Shown here: positions 29,272-38,254 of the stretch, piece by piece | Position numbering within the stretch: the stretch's first letter is position 1 | Layout: the number at the start of each line of letters is the position of its first letter | Assembly: GCA_050250895.1 (NCBI GenBank) | Contig: JBFWNU010000009.1 | Location: 134,488 to 198,487, forward strand | Origin: Vulcanimicrobiota bacterium | GTDB lineage: Bacteria > Vulcanimicrobiota > Xenobia > Xenobiales > JADMJV01 | Direction: 5' to 3' | Length of the DNA: 64,000 bases | Position numbers and translations under genes: made by a program | Notes under the pieces: generated by a model | Database searches by the model: none | What the model was told of the DNA's origin: nothing | The model's input: the letters and a program-made list of their open reading frames with translations, nothing else

Positions 29272-29726
29272 AGCCAGCTCAGGTCGACTTCTTCAACGAC
29301 GTTCCAACCCGGGATCTGACGATTGTAGGTCGTCAGTACTCCGCGCAAGCCGCGGCTGGTCTGTTCGAACTCCAGGCAGTGCACCGAGTCGGTCGAAAAG
29401 CGCACGCCGCGCACGCTGGCCGGTCCGCTCGACAGGTGCTCTTCGCAGAAGTATCCGTCGGCCGAGGTGCCGCGGTAGCCGATGCGGGTGACCACGCCGC
29501 CGCCGCGATAGCAAAGATAGAAGGGGCGGTCGTCTTCGTCGGGCAGGGGCGAGGAGTTGTTGTCCCAGGCGGGCAGCGAGCGGTCGATGTAGCCCTCGTA
29601 GAAGTTCAGTTGGCGCTGGGCCTGCTTGCCGTTCAGCGGGGCGCGAACGAGGCTCCGCGAGGGGAGTTCGCCACGCTCGAAGCGTTCGATACCGCGTTTG
29701 ACATCCGTCCACTGCACTCTGGTCAT
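29268..29726 (-). CDS. Hypothetical protein
   Basis: ORF with a TATCAT -10-like hexamer just upstream, possibly leaderless. Confidence 0.5.
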   Translation of the reverse strand: MTRVQWTDVKRGIERFERGELPSRSLVRAPLNGKQAQRQLNFYEGYIDRSLPAWDNNSSPLPDEDDRPFYLCYRGGGVVTRIGYRGTSADGYFCEEHLSSGPASVRGVRFSTDSVHCLEFEQTSRGLRGVLTTYNRQIPGWNVVEEVDLSWL

Positions 29727-29770
29727 AGTATGATACTACCGGCTGAGTGACAGTTACGCTGTGAGCTGCT

Positions 29771-30148
29771 TCACAAACTGTCGCGGGGCTCTAGAGCGTA
29801 TACTTTCAGACCTTTCCACTTCTTGAGCACCACCTTGCCGGCCGGAAAACCCCTCGGCTTGCTCACCTCGTGCACTCGGCAGTAGTGCACTTCTACCTTG
29901 CCACCGGCCTCGCGGGCCTTGGAGAAGTGGGCGGCCAGGCCGGCCGCGTGCGCCAGGACCGAGCGGGGAATCTCGCCCCGGTGGGGGTTCTTTACTACTA
30001 CATGGCTACCCGCGTAGCCGCCCGCGTGCAGCCAAAAGTCCTGCGGTTCGGCCACCTTGAAGGTCAGGATATCGTTGTCGCGGGCACCTTTACCGACCAG
30101 AATCTGGTATCCCTCGAACTCATAGGCTCGATAGCACTCGGCAGCCAT
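29771..30148 (-). CDS. Stand-alone NFACT RNA-binding (DUF814) domain protein
   Basis: ILVGKGARDND.LT, DFWLHA..AGSHVV and AA.LAA.FSK. GAGGAG RBS. Confidence 0.85.
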   Translation of the reverse strand: MAAECYRAYEFEGYQILVGKGARDNDILTFKVAEPQDFWLHAGGYAGSHVVVKNPHRGEIPRSVLAHAAGLAAHFSKAREAGGKVEVHYCRVHEVSKPRGFPAGKVVLKKWKGLKVYALEPRDSL

Positions 30149-30214
30149 GTCAGGTCTCCTCAGGGGGAGTATTTTCCCGGACTGCCAGCGTGAAAACCCT
30201 CCCCTTGCTCCTTC

Positions 30215-30256
30215 CTGATCTAGATCATCCAATCCAACGGCCGATTTGACTATGGT
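30215..30256 (+). promoter_or_regulatory. FNR/Crp-like box and -10 of the cco promoter
   Basis: CTGATCTAGATCAT versus consensus TTGAT-N4-ATCAA. TATGGT lies 36 nt from the box start. Confidence 0.7.
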
Positions 30257-30265
30257 GGAGGTGCG

Positions 30266-31720
30266 ATGAAAGACAAGACTGTTTACTACGATGAGTCCAC
30301 TCCCCGGACTTTCGCGTTTTTCACGGTCTTTTGGGGAATCGTCGGGATGCTGGTGGGGCTTTGGGCGGCATTGGAGTTAGCTTTTTGGCAGCTCAACTTC
30401 GACATGCCGTTCTTGACCTTCGGGCGTATCCGGCCGCTTCACACCAATGCCGTGATTTTTGCCTTCGCAGGCAACGCAATTTTTGCCGGGGTCTACTACT
30501 CCACCCAGCGACTGTGTCGCACTCGCATGTTCAGTGACGCTTTGTCCAAGGTCCACCTGTGGGGCTGGCAGCTGATTATCGTACTCGACGCGCTGGGTCT
30601 TGTGACCGGTCACACGGACGGCAAAGAATATGCCGAACCTGTGTGGACCATCGACCTGCTGATCACCGTCATCTGGGTGGTCTTTGCGGTCAATTTCTTC
30701 ATGACCCTGTTCAAGCGCCGCGAGAAACACCTCTACGTGGCGCTCTGGTTCTACATGTCGACCATTATCACCATCGCGGTTTTGCACCTGGTCAACAACG
30801 CGGCCATCCCGGTCTCGCTGACCAAGTCCTACCCGATCTACGCCGGGGTGCAGGACGCCCTGATTCAGTGGTGGTACGGTCACAACGCGGTGGGCTTCCT
30901 GCTCACCACTCCCTTCCTGGGCCTGATGTATTACTTCTTGCCCAAGGCGGCCGAGAAGCCGGTCTACTCCTACCGGCTCTCGATCCTTCACTTCTGGTCG
31001 CTGATCTTTCTCTACATCTGGGCCGGCCCGCACCACCTGATCTATACAGCGCTGCCGGACTGGACCCAGAGCCTGGGCATGGTCTTCTCGCTGATGCTGA
31101 TCGCCCCGTCCTGGGGCGGTATGCTCAACGGTATCCTGACCCTCAAGGGCGCCTGGGACAAGCTACGCACCGACCCGATCCTGAAATTCTTCGTGGTCGG
31201 TCTGACTTTCTATGGAATGTCGACCTTCGAAGGTCCGATGCTGAGCATCAAGAGTGTCTCGGCACTGGGCCACTTCACCGACTGGATCGTCGGTCACGTC
31301 CACAGTGGAGCTCTCGGTTGGGTCGGGTTCACCGTCTTCGGAATGCTCTACTGGATGGTGCCTCGCCTGTGGAAGACCGAACTCTATTCGGTCAAACTGG
31401 CCACCAACCACTTCTGGATCGCCACCGTCGGAATCGTGCTCTACATCACCTCGATGTGGATCACCGGCGTCACGCAGGGTCTGATGTGGAGAGCCGTCAC
31501 GGCCGAAGGCAGACTGATGTATGACTTCCTCGAAACGGTGACCTATCTCAAGCCCTACTACATCATTCGAGCCCTGGGCGGAGCCCTCTATCTCACCGGC
31601 GCCGTGATGATGGCCTACAACCTCTTCATGACGGCGCGCAGCGGCAAAATCGCTCCCGAGCCGATCCTGCTCAAAGATGACGAAACCCCGTCCTATCACG
31701 AAGTAGGGAAAGGAGCCTGA
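30266..31720 (+). CDS. ccoN: cbb3-type cytochrome c oxidase subunit I
   Basis: RPLHTN, QWWYGHNAV, WAGPHHL, STFEGP and GHVH. Confidence 0.97.
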   Translation: MKDKTVYYDESTPRTFAFFTVFWGIVGMLVGLWAALELAFWQLNFDMPFLTFGRIRPLHTNAVIFAFAGNAIFAGVYYSTQRLCRTRMFSDALSKVHLWGWQLIIVLDALGLVTGHTDGKEYAEPVWTIDLLITVIWVVFAVNFFMTLFKRREKHLYVALWFYMSTIITIAVLHLVNNAAIPVSLTKSYPIYAGVQDALIQWWYGHNAVGFLLTTPFLGLMYYFLPKAAEKPVYSYRLSILHFWSLIFLYIWAGPHHLIYTALPDWTQSLGMVFSLMLIAPSWGGMLNGILTLKGAWDKLRTDPILKFFVVGLTFYGMSTFEGPMLSIKSVSALGHFTDWIVGHVHSGALGWVGFTVFGMLYWMVPRLWKTELYSVKLATNHFWIATVGIVLYITSMWITGVTQGLMWRAVTAEGRLMYDFLETVTYLKPYYIIRALGGALYLTGAVMMAYNLFMTARSGKIAPEPILLKDDETPSYHEVGKGA

Positions 31721-31722
31721 CA

Positions 31723-32394
31723 GTGAAACACCGTGAACTCGAATCCAAAGGCCTCATCATGGGTTTGCTGGCCGGCTTCGTCATCCTGATCGGCGGCATC
31801 GTCGAAATCGTGCCGCTCTACACGGTCGAGTCGTCCGTGCCCAAGATCGCCGAGGTCAAGCCTTATACGCCGCTTGAACTCGAGGGCCGCGACATCTACA
31901 TCCGCGAGGGTTGCTACACCTGTCACAGTCAGGTAGTGCGTCCCTTCCGAGACGAAACCGAGCGCTATGAAGGCCCCTACTCCAAGGCGGGCGAGTATGT
32001 CTACGACCGTCCCTTCCAGTGGGGCTCCAAGCGCACCGGTCCCGACCTGCACCGAGTAGGCGGCAAATACCCCGACTCGTGGCACTACCTGCACATGCAG
32101 AACCCGCGCAATATCAGCCCGGGTTCGATCATGCCGAACTATCCGTGGCTTGCCACCAACAAGCTCGACACCAGCTTGACCGTCAAGAAGATGCAGACCC
32201 TGGCCCGACTGGGGACTCCTTATCCGCAGGAGGACCTCGACAACGCTCAGGCCTTGCTCAACGAACAGGCTCAGGCTATCGTCGAACGTCTCAAGGCCGA
32301 CAAGGTCGACCAGGCCGAAGCCGACCAGGAGATGATCGCCCTGATTGCCTATCTGCAGCGACTGGGCAGCGACATCGGTTGGAGGAACAAATAA
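31723..32394 (+). CDS. ccoO: cbb3 oxidase subunit II
   Basis: YIREGCYTCHSQ, WGSKRTGPDL and SIMP. Confidence 0.97.
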   Translation: MKHRELESKGLIMGLLAGFVILIGGIVEIVPLYTVESSVPKIAEVKPYTPLELEGRDIYIREGCYTCHSQVVRPFRDETERYEGPYSKAGEYVYDRPFQWGSKRTGPDLHRVGGKYPDSWHYLHMQNPRNISPGSIMPNYPWLATNKLDTSLTVKKMQTLARLGTPYPQEDLDNAQALLNEQAQAIVERLKADKVDQAEADQEMIALIAYLQRLGSDIGWRNK

Positions 32395-32549
32395 TGGAAC
32401 CTCTACCCTATCTCGACGTCATCAAGCAAGTCGTGACCGTGATGTTCAGCCTGTGCTTTACCGCCATCGTCCTGTGGACGATGTCCAGGGCCGGGGCCGA
32501 AGCCGAGAACGACCGAAACCTGCCCTTCCTGGAGGATCACCATGGCTAA
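32394..32549 (+). CDS. ccoQ: cbb3 oxidase small subunit
   Basis: 51-aa single-TM ORF ending LPFLED, located between ccoO and ccoP. Confidence 0.8.
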   Translation: MEPLPYLDVIKQVVTVMFSLCFTAIVLWTMSRAGAEAENDRNLPFLEDHHG

Positions 32550-33048
32550 ACTACTCGACCACGAAGTGGACGGAATTCAGGAATTCGACAACCCCCCTCC
32601 GGCCTGGTTGGTGTGGCTGTTCAACTTCACCATCATCTTCTCGGTCATCTACGTGATCGTCTATCCGAGTACGTGGTTCTGGCAGGGCACGACCCAATGG
32701 ACTTCGGGCCAACAGTACGAGAACCAGATGGCCCAGGCGCAGGAAATCTACGCTTCGGCCCAACCGGCCTCGATGCCGACCGACGGCCTGCCCACCGACC
32801 CGGCCGCCCTGGAATTGGGTGCCCAGGTCTACAAGCTGCGCTGCGCACCCTGCCACGGCGATAACGCCGAAGGCAAGGTCGGGCCGAATTTGACCGACAG
32901 CGAGTGGATCTATGGCAAAGAGCCCAATGATCTGGTCGAGACCATCACCAACGGCCGACCCAAAGGGATGCCGCCCTGGGGCAAAGTCCTCAGTCACGAA
33001 GAGGTCCTGCAGGTCGCCGGCTATGTAACCACTTTGGGAGGAGAGTAA
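32542..33048 (+). CDS. ccoP: cbb3 oxidase subunit III, short mono-heme type
   Basis: DHEVDGIQEFDNPPPAW, a single CAPCH, GPNLTD..W and MPPW. Confidence 0.92.
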   Translation: MAKLLDHEVDGIQEFDNPPPAWLVWLFNFTIIFSVIYVIVYPSTWFWQGTTQWTSGQQYENQMAQAQEIYASAQPASMPTDGLPTDPAALELGAQVYKLRCAPCHGDNAEGKVGPNLTDSEWIYGKEPNDLVETITNGRPKGMPPWGKVLSHEEVLQVAGYVTTLGGE

Positions 33049-33051
33049 GTC

Positions 33052-33183
33052 ATGCTTGAGCAGATTTTGCACACCGAAGTCGGTTTTTACGGAGTGGCTG
33101 GTCTGATCTTGACGGTGCTGGTCGGCATCTGGCTCCACGCCTGGATCGTCAAGGAGATGGCCAAAGGAGATAGCGATGAGTAA
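33052..33183 (+). CDS. 43-aa single-TM protein (DUF3149-like)
   Basis: Not in the ORF track. GGAGGAG RBS, MLEQILHTEVGFYGVAGLILTVLVGIWLHAWIVKEMAKGDSDE, overlapping the ccoG start. Confidence 0.7.
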   Translation: MLEQILHTEVGFYGVAGLILTVLVGIWLHAWIVKEMAKGDSDE

Positions 33184-34504
33184 GGTTTACCCACGAAATA
33201 GCCCGGGCCGCTTCCGCAATCTGCGGAACGTCGTCAGTGTGATGCTGCAGTCCATTCTGTTCATCACGCCCTGGCTGATGTGGGGGGGGCGTCAAGCCTT
33301 TCTAATGGATGTTCCGGCCCGGAAACTCCACCTGTTGCACTGGACTTTCTGGCCCCAGGAGACCTATTTCATCTTGCTGCTGCTGATCTCGGCAGCCCTG
33401 ACCCTGTTCCTGGTGACCTCACTGTTTGGCCGCGTCTGGTGTGGCTATGCTTGCCCCCAGACGCTGCTCAGCCAGGCCTTCATCATGGTCGAGCGCTTCA
33501 CTGAAGGCGATTCCTACCAGCGGGTCCGGCTGGACGACGGCCCCTGGAATGCCAACAAGCTCTCGCGCAAAACCGTTAAATGGTCGATCTGGCTGGGCAT
33601 GAGCCTGTTCTTGGGACTGACCTTCGCCGGCTACTTCACCCCCATACGGGGGTTGGCCGCCGACCTGCTCTCGGGACACGCTCAGACCGGTAGTCTGACG
33701 GTCATCGGATTCTTCACCCTGGTGTCGCTCGCGTTCTTCGGCAACATCCGAGGCCGATTCTGCACCACGATGTGCCCCTACGCCCGTTTTCAGGGCTCGA
33801 TGTTCGATGCCAACTCGCTCATCGTGGGCTATGACGCGACCCGCGGCGAGCCGCGCGGCAAGGCCAAGGACCCGAGCGCCGGCAGCTGTGTCGACTGCAA
33901 GATGTGTACCCAGGTCTGCCCGATGGGCATCGACATTCGTGAAGGACTGCAGTTCGAATGCATCACTTGCGCTGCCTGCATCGACGCCTGCGACACGGTG
34001 ATGGACAAACTGGGTCGCGAACGGGGACTGATTCGCTACGCCAGCGAGAACGAGCTCGAGGGCAAGTCCACCGGGCGGCTAATGCGTAGCCGCCCGGTGG
34101 TTTACGCGGTGCTCTTGACCGCGTGTATATCGATCCTGGGGGTCCTCCTCTGGAGGCGCCCGCCCATCGAGGTCGACGTGATGCGCGACGGAGTCAACGG
34201 ACCGTTCACCCGCACTGCCGACGGGCGGATCGCCAATCTCTACAACTTGCGCGTCATCAACAAGCAACTTGGCAACCGAGCCTACGCCTTCGAGATCAAG
34301 GGCATCGAGGGCGCCGAGTTGATGACCAGCGAAAACCCTATGCACATCCCCGGTGAGAGCGGCGTGGTCGACAAAGTCTTCGTGGCCGTACCCGAAGACG
34401 CCGTTTCCACCATCGTTCCCATCGAGTTTCGGGTCTGGGACATCGAGCATCCTGAGCGGGTGTTCGTCAGAAAGACCACCTTTGTGGCTGGAGGAAGCCG
34501 ATGA
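33176..34504 (+). CDS. ccoG: cbb3 accessory Fe-S membrane protein
   Basis: GRVWCGYACPQT, CPYARFQ, CVDCKMCTQVCPMGIDIR and ECITCAACIDAC. Confidence 0.96.
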   Translation: MSKVYPRNSPGRFRNLRNVVSVMLQSILFITPWLMWGGRQAFLMDVPARKLHLLHWTFWPQETYFILLLLISAALTLFLVTSLFGRVWCGYACPQTLLSQAFIMVERFTEGDSYQRVRLDDGPWNANKLSRKTVKWSIWLGMSLFLGLTFAGYFTPIRGLAADLLSGHAQTGSLTVIGFFTLVSLAFFGNIRGRFCTTMCPYARFQGSMFDANSLIVGYDATRGEPRGKAKDPSAGSCVDCKMCTQVCPMGIDIREGLQFECITCAACIDACDTVMDKLGRERGLIRYASENELEGKSTGRLMRSRPVVYAVLLTACISILGVLLWRRPPIEVDVMRDGVNGPFTRTADGRIANLYNLRVINKQLGNRAYAFEIKGIEGAELMTSENPMHIPGESGVVDKVFVAVPEDAVSTIVPIEFRVWDIEHPERVFVRKTTFVAGGSR

Positions 34505-34977
34505 CCAAAAAGAAGTTCAATCCCTGGCCGATGGGCCTGTTCCTATCGCTGGCGCTTTTCATTACCGTCCAACTATCGGTCGTAGGCCTGGCGGCGTCGA
34601 CCTTCGAAGGCCTCGATGACGTGGAGTATTACCGCCACGGCATCGAGTACGGGCAAGAGATCCAGCGCCAGAAGATGCAGAAGGATCTCGGCTGGCAGAT
34701 CGAGTTCAACCTGAAGGAAGGCATCCCCACCCGCCGCGAGTATCCCCTGCGGGTTCGCCTGCAAGACCGCGACGGCAAGCCGGTAGTGGGCGCCAAAGCC
34801 CACCTCAAGATGGGCCGTCCGGCCACCATTCGCGACGACCAGCAGTTCGACCTCAAGGAAGTGGGCCCCGGAATCCACGAGGTCGCCATTGTTCCCGGCC
34901 CCGGCGCCTGGCGCTTCGACCTCACCGTCGAAAAGGGCGAGACCGTGGTCAAGGCCACCAAGAGGCATCGGTTTTAA
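34501..34977 (+). CDS. ccoH: FixH/CcoH family protein
   Basis: N-terminal TM, YY..G..Y...I.......LGW and RPA...D. Confidence 0.85.
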   Translation: MTKKKFNPWPMGLFLSLALFITVQLSVVGLAASTFEGLDDVEYYRHGIEYGQEIQRQKMQKDLGWQIEFNLKEGIPTRREYPLRVRLQDRDGKPVVGAKAHLKMGRPATIRDDQQFDLKEVGPGIHEVAIVPGPGAWRFDLTVEKGETVVKATKRHRF

Positions 34978-34981
34978 CCCC

Positions 34982-37285
34982 ATGGGCGCCTGCCGTCATT
35001 GCGGCCAACCCGCCAGCGACGAGTTCTGCTGCCCCGGTTGCGCGGCCGTCTACAACACCCTCCACGACGAGGGCCTGGACGGCTTCTATGGACTGAGGGC
35101 CCAGGCCGGACCCCCGGTGGCCTGGGATGCGACCGAAGCCCCGGATTGGCAGGCTGGCGCCGACCGCTTCGAACGTAGCCTGGGTGACGGTCTGGTGCGC
35201 ACCCGCTTCGCCCTCGAGGGCCTGCATTGCGGAGCCTGTATCTGGCTCATCGAAAAGGGCCTGACCGCGGTCGAGGGGGTGCGCTCGGCCCGCGTCCACC
35301 TGGGCGACTCGTGGGCGCAGGTCGACTACCTGCCGGTGGCCGTCAGCCTGAGCGAGCTGGTGGCTCGCCTGGGGCGCCTGGGTTATCGGGCCACACCCAT
35401 GGCTCCCAACGCGCGGGCTGACCGCCGTCCCGACCTGGAACTGCTGCTCAAGATGGCGGTGGCCGGCTTCGGAGCCGGCAACATCATGATGGTGGCGGCC
35501 GCCCTCTATCTGGGCCAGTTCCAGGGCATCGAAGCCACCTTCCTAAAGTTCTTTCACTGGATCTGCCTGCTGTTGGCCACTCCGGTAGTCCTCTACTCGG
35601 GCAGCCACTTCTTCGAGGGAGCCCGCCGAGCAGTGGTGGGACGCGCCCTGACCATGGACGTGCCCATCTCGATCGGCATCCTGGTCACCTACGGCTACAG
35701 CCTGCTGTCGCTGCGCGGCGGTCAGGTCTATTTCGACTCGGTGACGGTCTTCATCTTCGTGCTGTTGATCGGACGCTATCTCGAGTCGTCTTCACGCCGG
35801 CGCCTGGGTAGCGCGGCCGAGCACCTGCTCAGCCTGCGACCCGCCTGGGCCCGGCTCAGCGACGGCAGCCAGCTTGCCGCTGACCGCCTGGAACTCGGCC
35901 ACGAACTGCTCATTGGCGCTGGCGAAATCGTGCCCACCGATTGTCGGGTCAGCCACGGCAACGCCTCGGTCGACGAGTCGATGGTGACCGGTGAATCGGT
36001 GCCGGTCTGGCGGACCGCCGGCCAACCTCTCATGGGCGGCTCGAAACTGGTCGAGGGCGAGGTTCAGGCCCGAGTCGAGGCCATTGGCGAAGACACCATT
36101 CTGGCTCGGCTGGTCGATCTGGTCGAGCAGGCTCAGGCCTCGAAGAGCCGCACCCAGACGCTGCTCGACCGGGCCGCCGGCTATTTCGTGGCCGTCACTT
36201 TGAGTCTGGCCGCCGTCACGGCCGTGTGGTGGTGGCCGGCCGGCCCCGACCGGGCTCTGATGGTGGCCGTCTCGGTCTTGATCATCACCTGTCCCTGTGC
36301 CCTGGGTCTGGCCGCCCCGATGGCTCTGTGGCAATCGGCTCGGGTGGGTCTCGAGGCTGGCGTGCTGTTTCGCGACCTCGAAGTGATTGAAGATGCGGCC
36401 CGCATTACCGATGTGGTGCTCGACAAGACGGGAACCCTCACCAGCGGCCACTTTCAGGTGAGCGCCATCGAGAGCTGGGGCATGGAACAAACCCAGGTGC
36501 TGGCGCTGGCCGCCGCCGCCAACCGACTCAGCCAGCACCCGCTGGCGGTGGCCCTGTTGCGGGCCGGCGCTCCCCACCCTGAGGTCGAGGTGGTCGAGCA
36601 ACTACCCGGACGGGGGATGGTAGCTCGCTTTGCGGGTCAGCGTCTGCTGGTGGGCAGCGCCCGTTTGCTGGAAGATTTCGGGGTCGAAACGCCGGCTCGC
36701 CAGGGTCAAACCAGCCACGTCTGGGTGGCCCTGGGCCAGCAACTCGTGGGTCTGGTCGAGCTAGAAGACAGCCTGCGCCCCGAGGCCACCGAAGTGGTGG
36801 CTGCCCTGGCCGAATACAATCTGTGGCTGGCCTCTGGCGACCGCCCTGAACCGGTGGCCCGGGCCGCCCGTCGGCTGGCCCTCGACCACGTGTTGGCCGA
36901 GGCCGGACCCGAAGCCAAGCGTCAGCTGGTCGACCGCCTTCAGGAGCGCGGAGCCCACGTGGCCTTTCTGGGTGACGGTGTCAACGACGCGCCCGCCCTG
37001 GCCGCTGCCCGCGTCGGGGTGGCCGTGGCCGGCAGCACCAGCGTGGCCACCGGCACGGCCGATGTCGTCTTGCTTCGGCCCGGCCTCGAAGGGCTCGGGT
37101 CGGCCCTCAAGCTTGCCCGTGAAACCCGGCGCCGGATGGTGGGCAACCTGACCATCTCGGCCCTCTACAACTTGCTCGCCATTCCGGCCGCGATGGCCGG
37201 CTGGGTCACCCCGCTGGGCGCGGCCGTGGCCATGCCGGTGGCCTCGTTGCTGGTGGTAGCCAACTCTCTGCGGAGGTATCGATAA
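34982..37285 (+). CDS. ccoI: P1B-type Cu-transporting ATPase
   Basis: CRHCG/FCCPGC, CGAC HMA, TGES, CPC, DKTGT, GDGVND and YN. Confidence 0.95.
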   Translation: MGACRHCGQPASDEFCCPGCAAVYNTLHDEGLDGFYGLRAQAGPPVAWDATEAPDWQAGADRFERSLGDGLVRTRFALEGLHCGACIWLIEKGLTAVEGVRSARVHLGDSWAQVDYLPVAVSLSELVARLGRLGYRATPMAPNARADRRPDLELLLKMAVAGFGAGNIMMVAAALYLGQFQGIEATFLKFFHWICLLLATPVVLYSGSHFFEGARRAVVGRALTMDVPISIGILVTYGYSLLSLRGGQVYFDSVTVFIFVLLIGRYLESSSRRRLGSAAEHLLSLRPAWARLSDGSQLAADRLELGHELLIGAGEIVPTDCRVSHGNASVDESMVTGESVPVWRTAGQPLMGGSKLVEGEVQARVEAIGEDTILARLVDLVEQAQASKSRTQTLLDRAAGYFVAVTLSLAAVTAVWWWPAGPDRALMVAVSVLIITCPCALGLAAPMALWQSARVGLEAGVLFRDLEVIEDAARITDVVLDKTGTLTSGHFQVSAIESWGMEQTQVLALAAAANRLSQHPLAVALLRAGAPHPEVEVVEQLPGRGMVARFAGQRLLVGSARLLEDFGVETPARQGQTSHVWVALGQQLVGLVELEDSLRPEATEVVAALAEYNLWLASGDRPEPVARAARRLALDHVLAEAGPEAKRQLVDRLQERGAHVAFLGDGVNDAPALAAARVGVAVAGSTSVATGTADVVLLRPGLEGLGSALKLARETRRRMVGNLTISALYNLLAIPAAMAGWVTPLGAAVAMPVASLLVVANSLRRYR

Positions 37286-37286
37286 C

Positions 37287-37430
37287 ATGGAAATTCTCTT
37301 CTTCCTGGTGCCCATCGCCCTGGCCCTGTCCGGGGTCGGTTTAGCCTGCTTCTTCTGGGCGGTCGGTAACGGCCAGTTCGACGATCTCGAAGGCGAGGCC
37401 AACCGTCTGTTGCTGGAGGAGCGGTCATGA
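37287..37430 (+). CDS. ccoS: cbb3 oxidase assembly protein
   Basis: Not in the ORF track. MEILFFLVPIAL...FFWAVGNGQFDDLEGEANRLL. Confidence 0.93.
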   Translation: MEILFFLVPIALALSGVGLACFFWAVGNGQFDDLEGEANRLLLEERS

Positions 37431-38059
37431 TCTACTCGAGCGCCTTCCTGTTGGGCTTTCTGGGCAGTCTTCACTGCCTGGGCATGTGTGGGGGCTTCGT
37501 CCTGGGGCTGGCCCGGGGCGAGCGGTATCGCCGCCACGTCCTGGCCTTTCAACTGGGCCGCCTGTTGACCTACGCCACCCTGGGTGCGGTCATCGGGATG
37601 GTCGGCTTATCGATCAAGACGATGCTTCCCCTGTGGGGACCGCGTTTGGCCCAGGGCCTGGCCGGAGCCGCCATGTTGGCCCTGGGCAGCGCCCTGCTCA
37701 AGCCCGGCAAAGGACTGCTGCCGGCTGGCTGGGTGTCGACCTCGGGCAAGTGCCTGCTGGGCGATGACCGGTCCGAGAGTTCGGTACTGCTGGGCGTGCT
37801 GGCCGGCTTTCTGCCCTGCGGCCTTCTCTACGCCGCCCTGGCCGGGGCGCTGGCCACCGGCAATCCCGTCTATGGCGGGTTGGTCATGGCGGCCTTCTGG
37901 GCCGGCACGGCTCCGGCCCTGGTCTGGTTGGGATTCATGAAGGGGCGTTTCGGAGGCGAGCGCGGCGAGCGGCTGGCCTCGCTGGTAACGATCGCTATCG
38001 GTATGGCCACACTCTATCGGGCGGCCTTCCCTCCCCTCACCCATTCTTGCTGCCATTGA
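37427..38059 (+). CDS. DsbD_2/TauE-SafE-like cbb3 biogenesis membrane protein
   Basis: SLHCLGMCG, GRLLTY, GFLPCGLLY and C-terminal CCH. Confidence 0.9.
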   Translation: MIYSSAFLLGFLGSLHCLGMCGGFVLGLARGERYRRHVLAFQLGRLLTYATLGAVIGMVGLSIKTMLPLWGPRLAQGLAGAAMLALGSALLKPGKGLLPAGWVSTSGKCLLGDDRSESSVLLGVLAGFLPCGLLYAALAGALATGNPVYGGLVMAAFWAGTAPALVWLGFMKGRFGGERGERLASLVTIAIGMATLYRAAFPPLTHSCCH

Positions 38060-38097
38060 TCTAGATCATAGCCATCATGGTCAAAACTATGTAGCAT
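38056..38097 (+). promoter_or_regulatory. Second FNR/Crp-like box with -10
   Basis: TTGATCTAGATCAT, with TAGCAT 36 nt from the box start (same spacing as at ccoN). Confidence 0.65.
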
Positions 38098-38103
38098 AGC
38101 CTT

Positions 38104-38217
38104 GACAGCGGTCCACTCGTCCACCCAAGACCGCCAGCCGCCTCTGGCGACCAGGAGTCACGCTGAGTTGGTGTCACCACAGGCGGTCCGAGCCCCCTTC
38201 GCGGGGGCTCTTTTCTT
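38104..38217 (+). ncRNA. Candidate FNR-type-regulated sRNA or attenuating leader
   Basis: Bounded by the predicted promoter and a terminator. GACCGCC/GGCGGTC stem and no convincing ORF. Confidence 0.45.
38190..38217 (+). terminator. Rho-independent terminator
   Basis: GAGCCCCC-ttcgc-GGGGGCTC-TTTTCTT. Confidence 0.88.
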
Positions 38218-38254
38218 ATGAGGGGCAAACGCTTCCGACGGCGAAGGGAGACGG

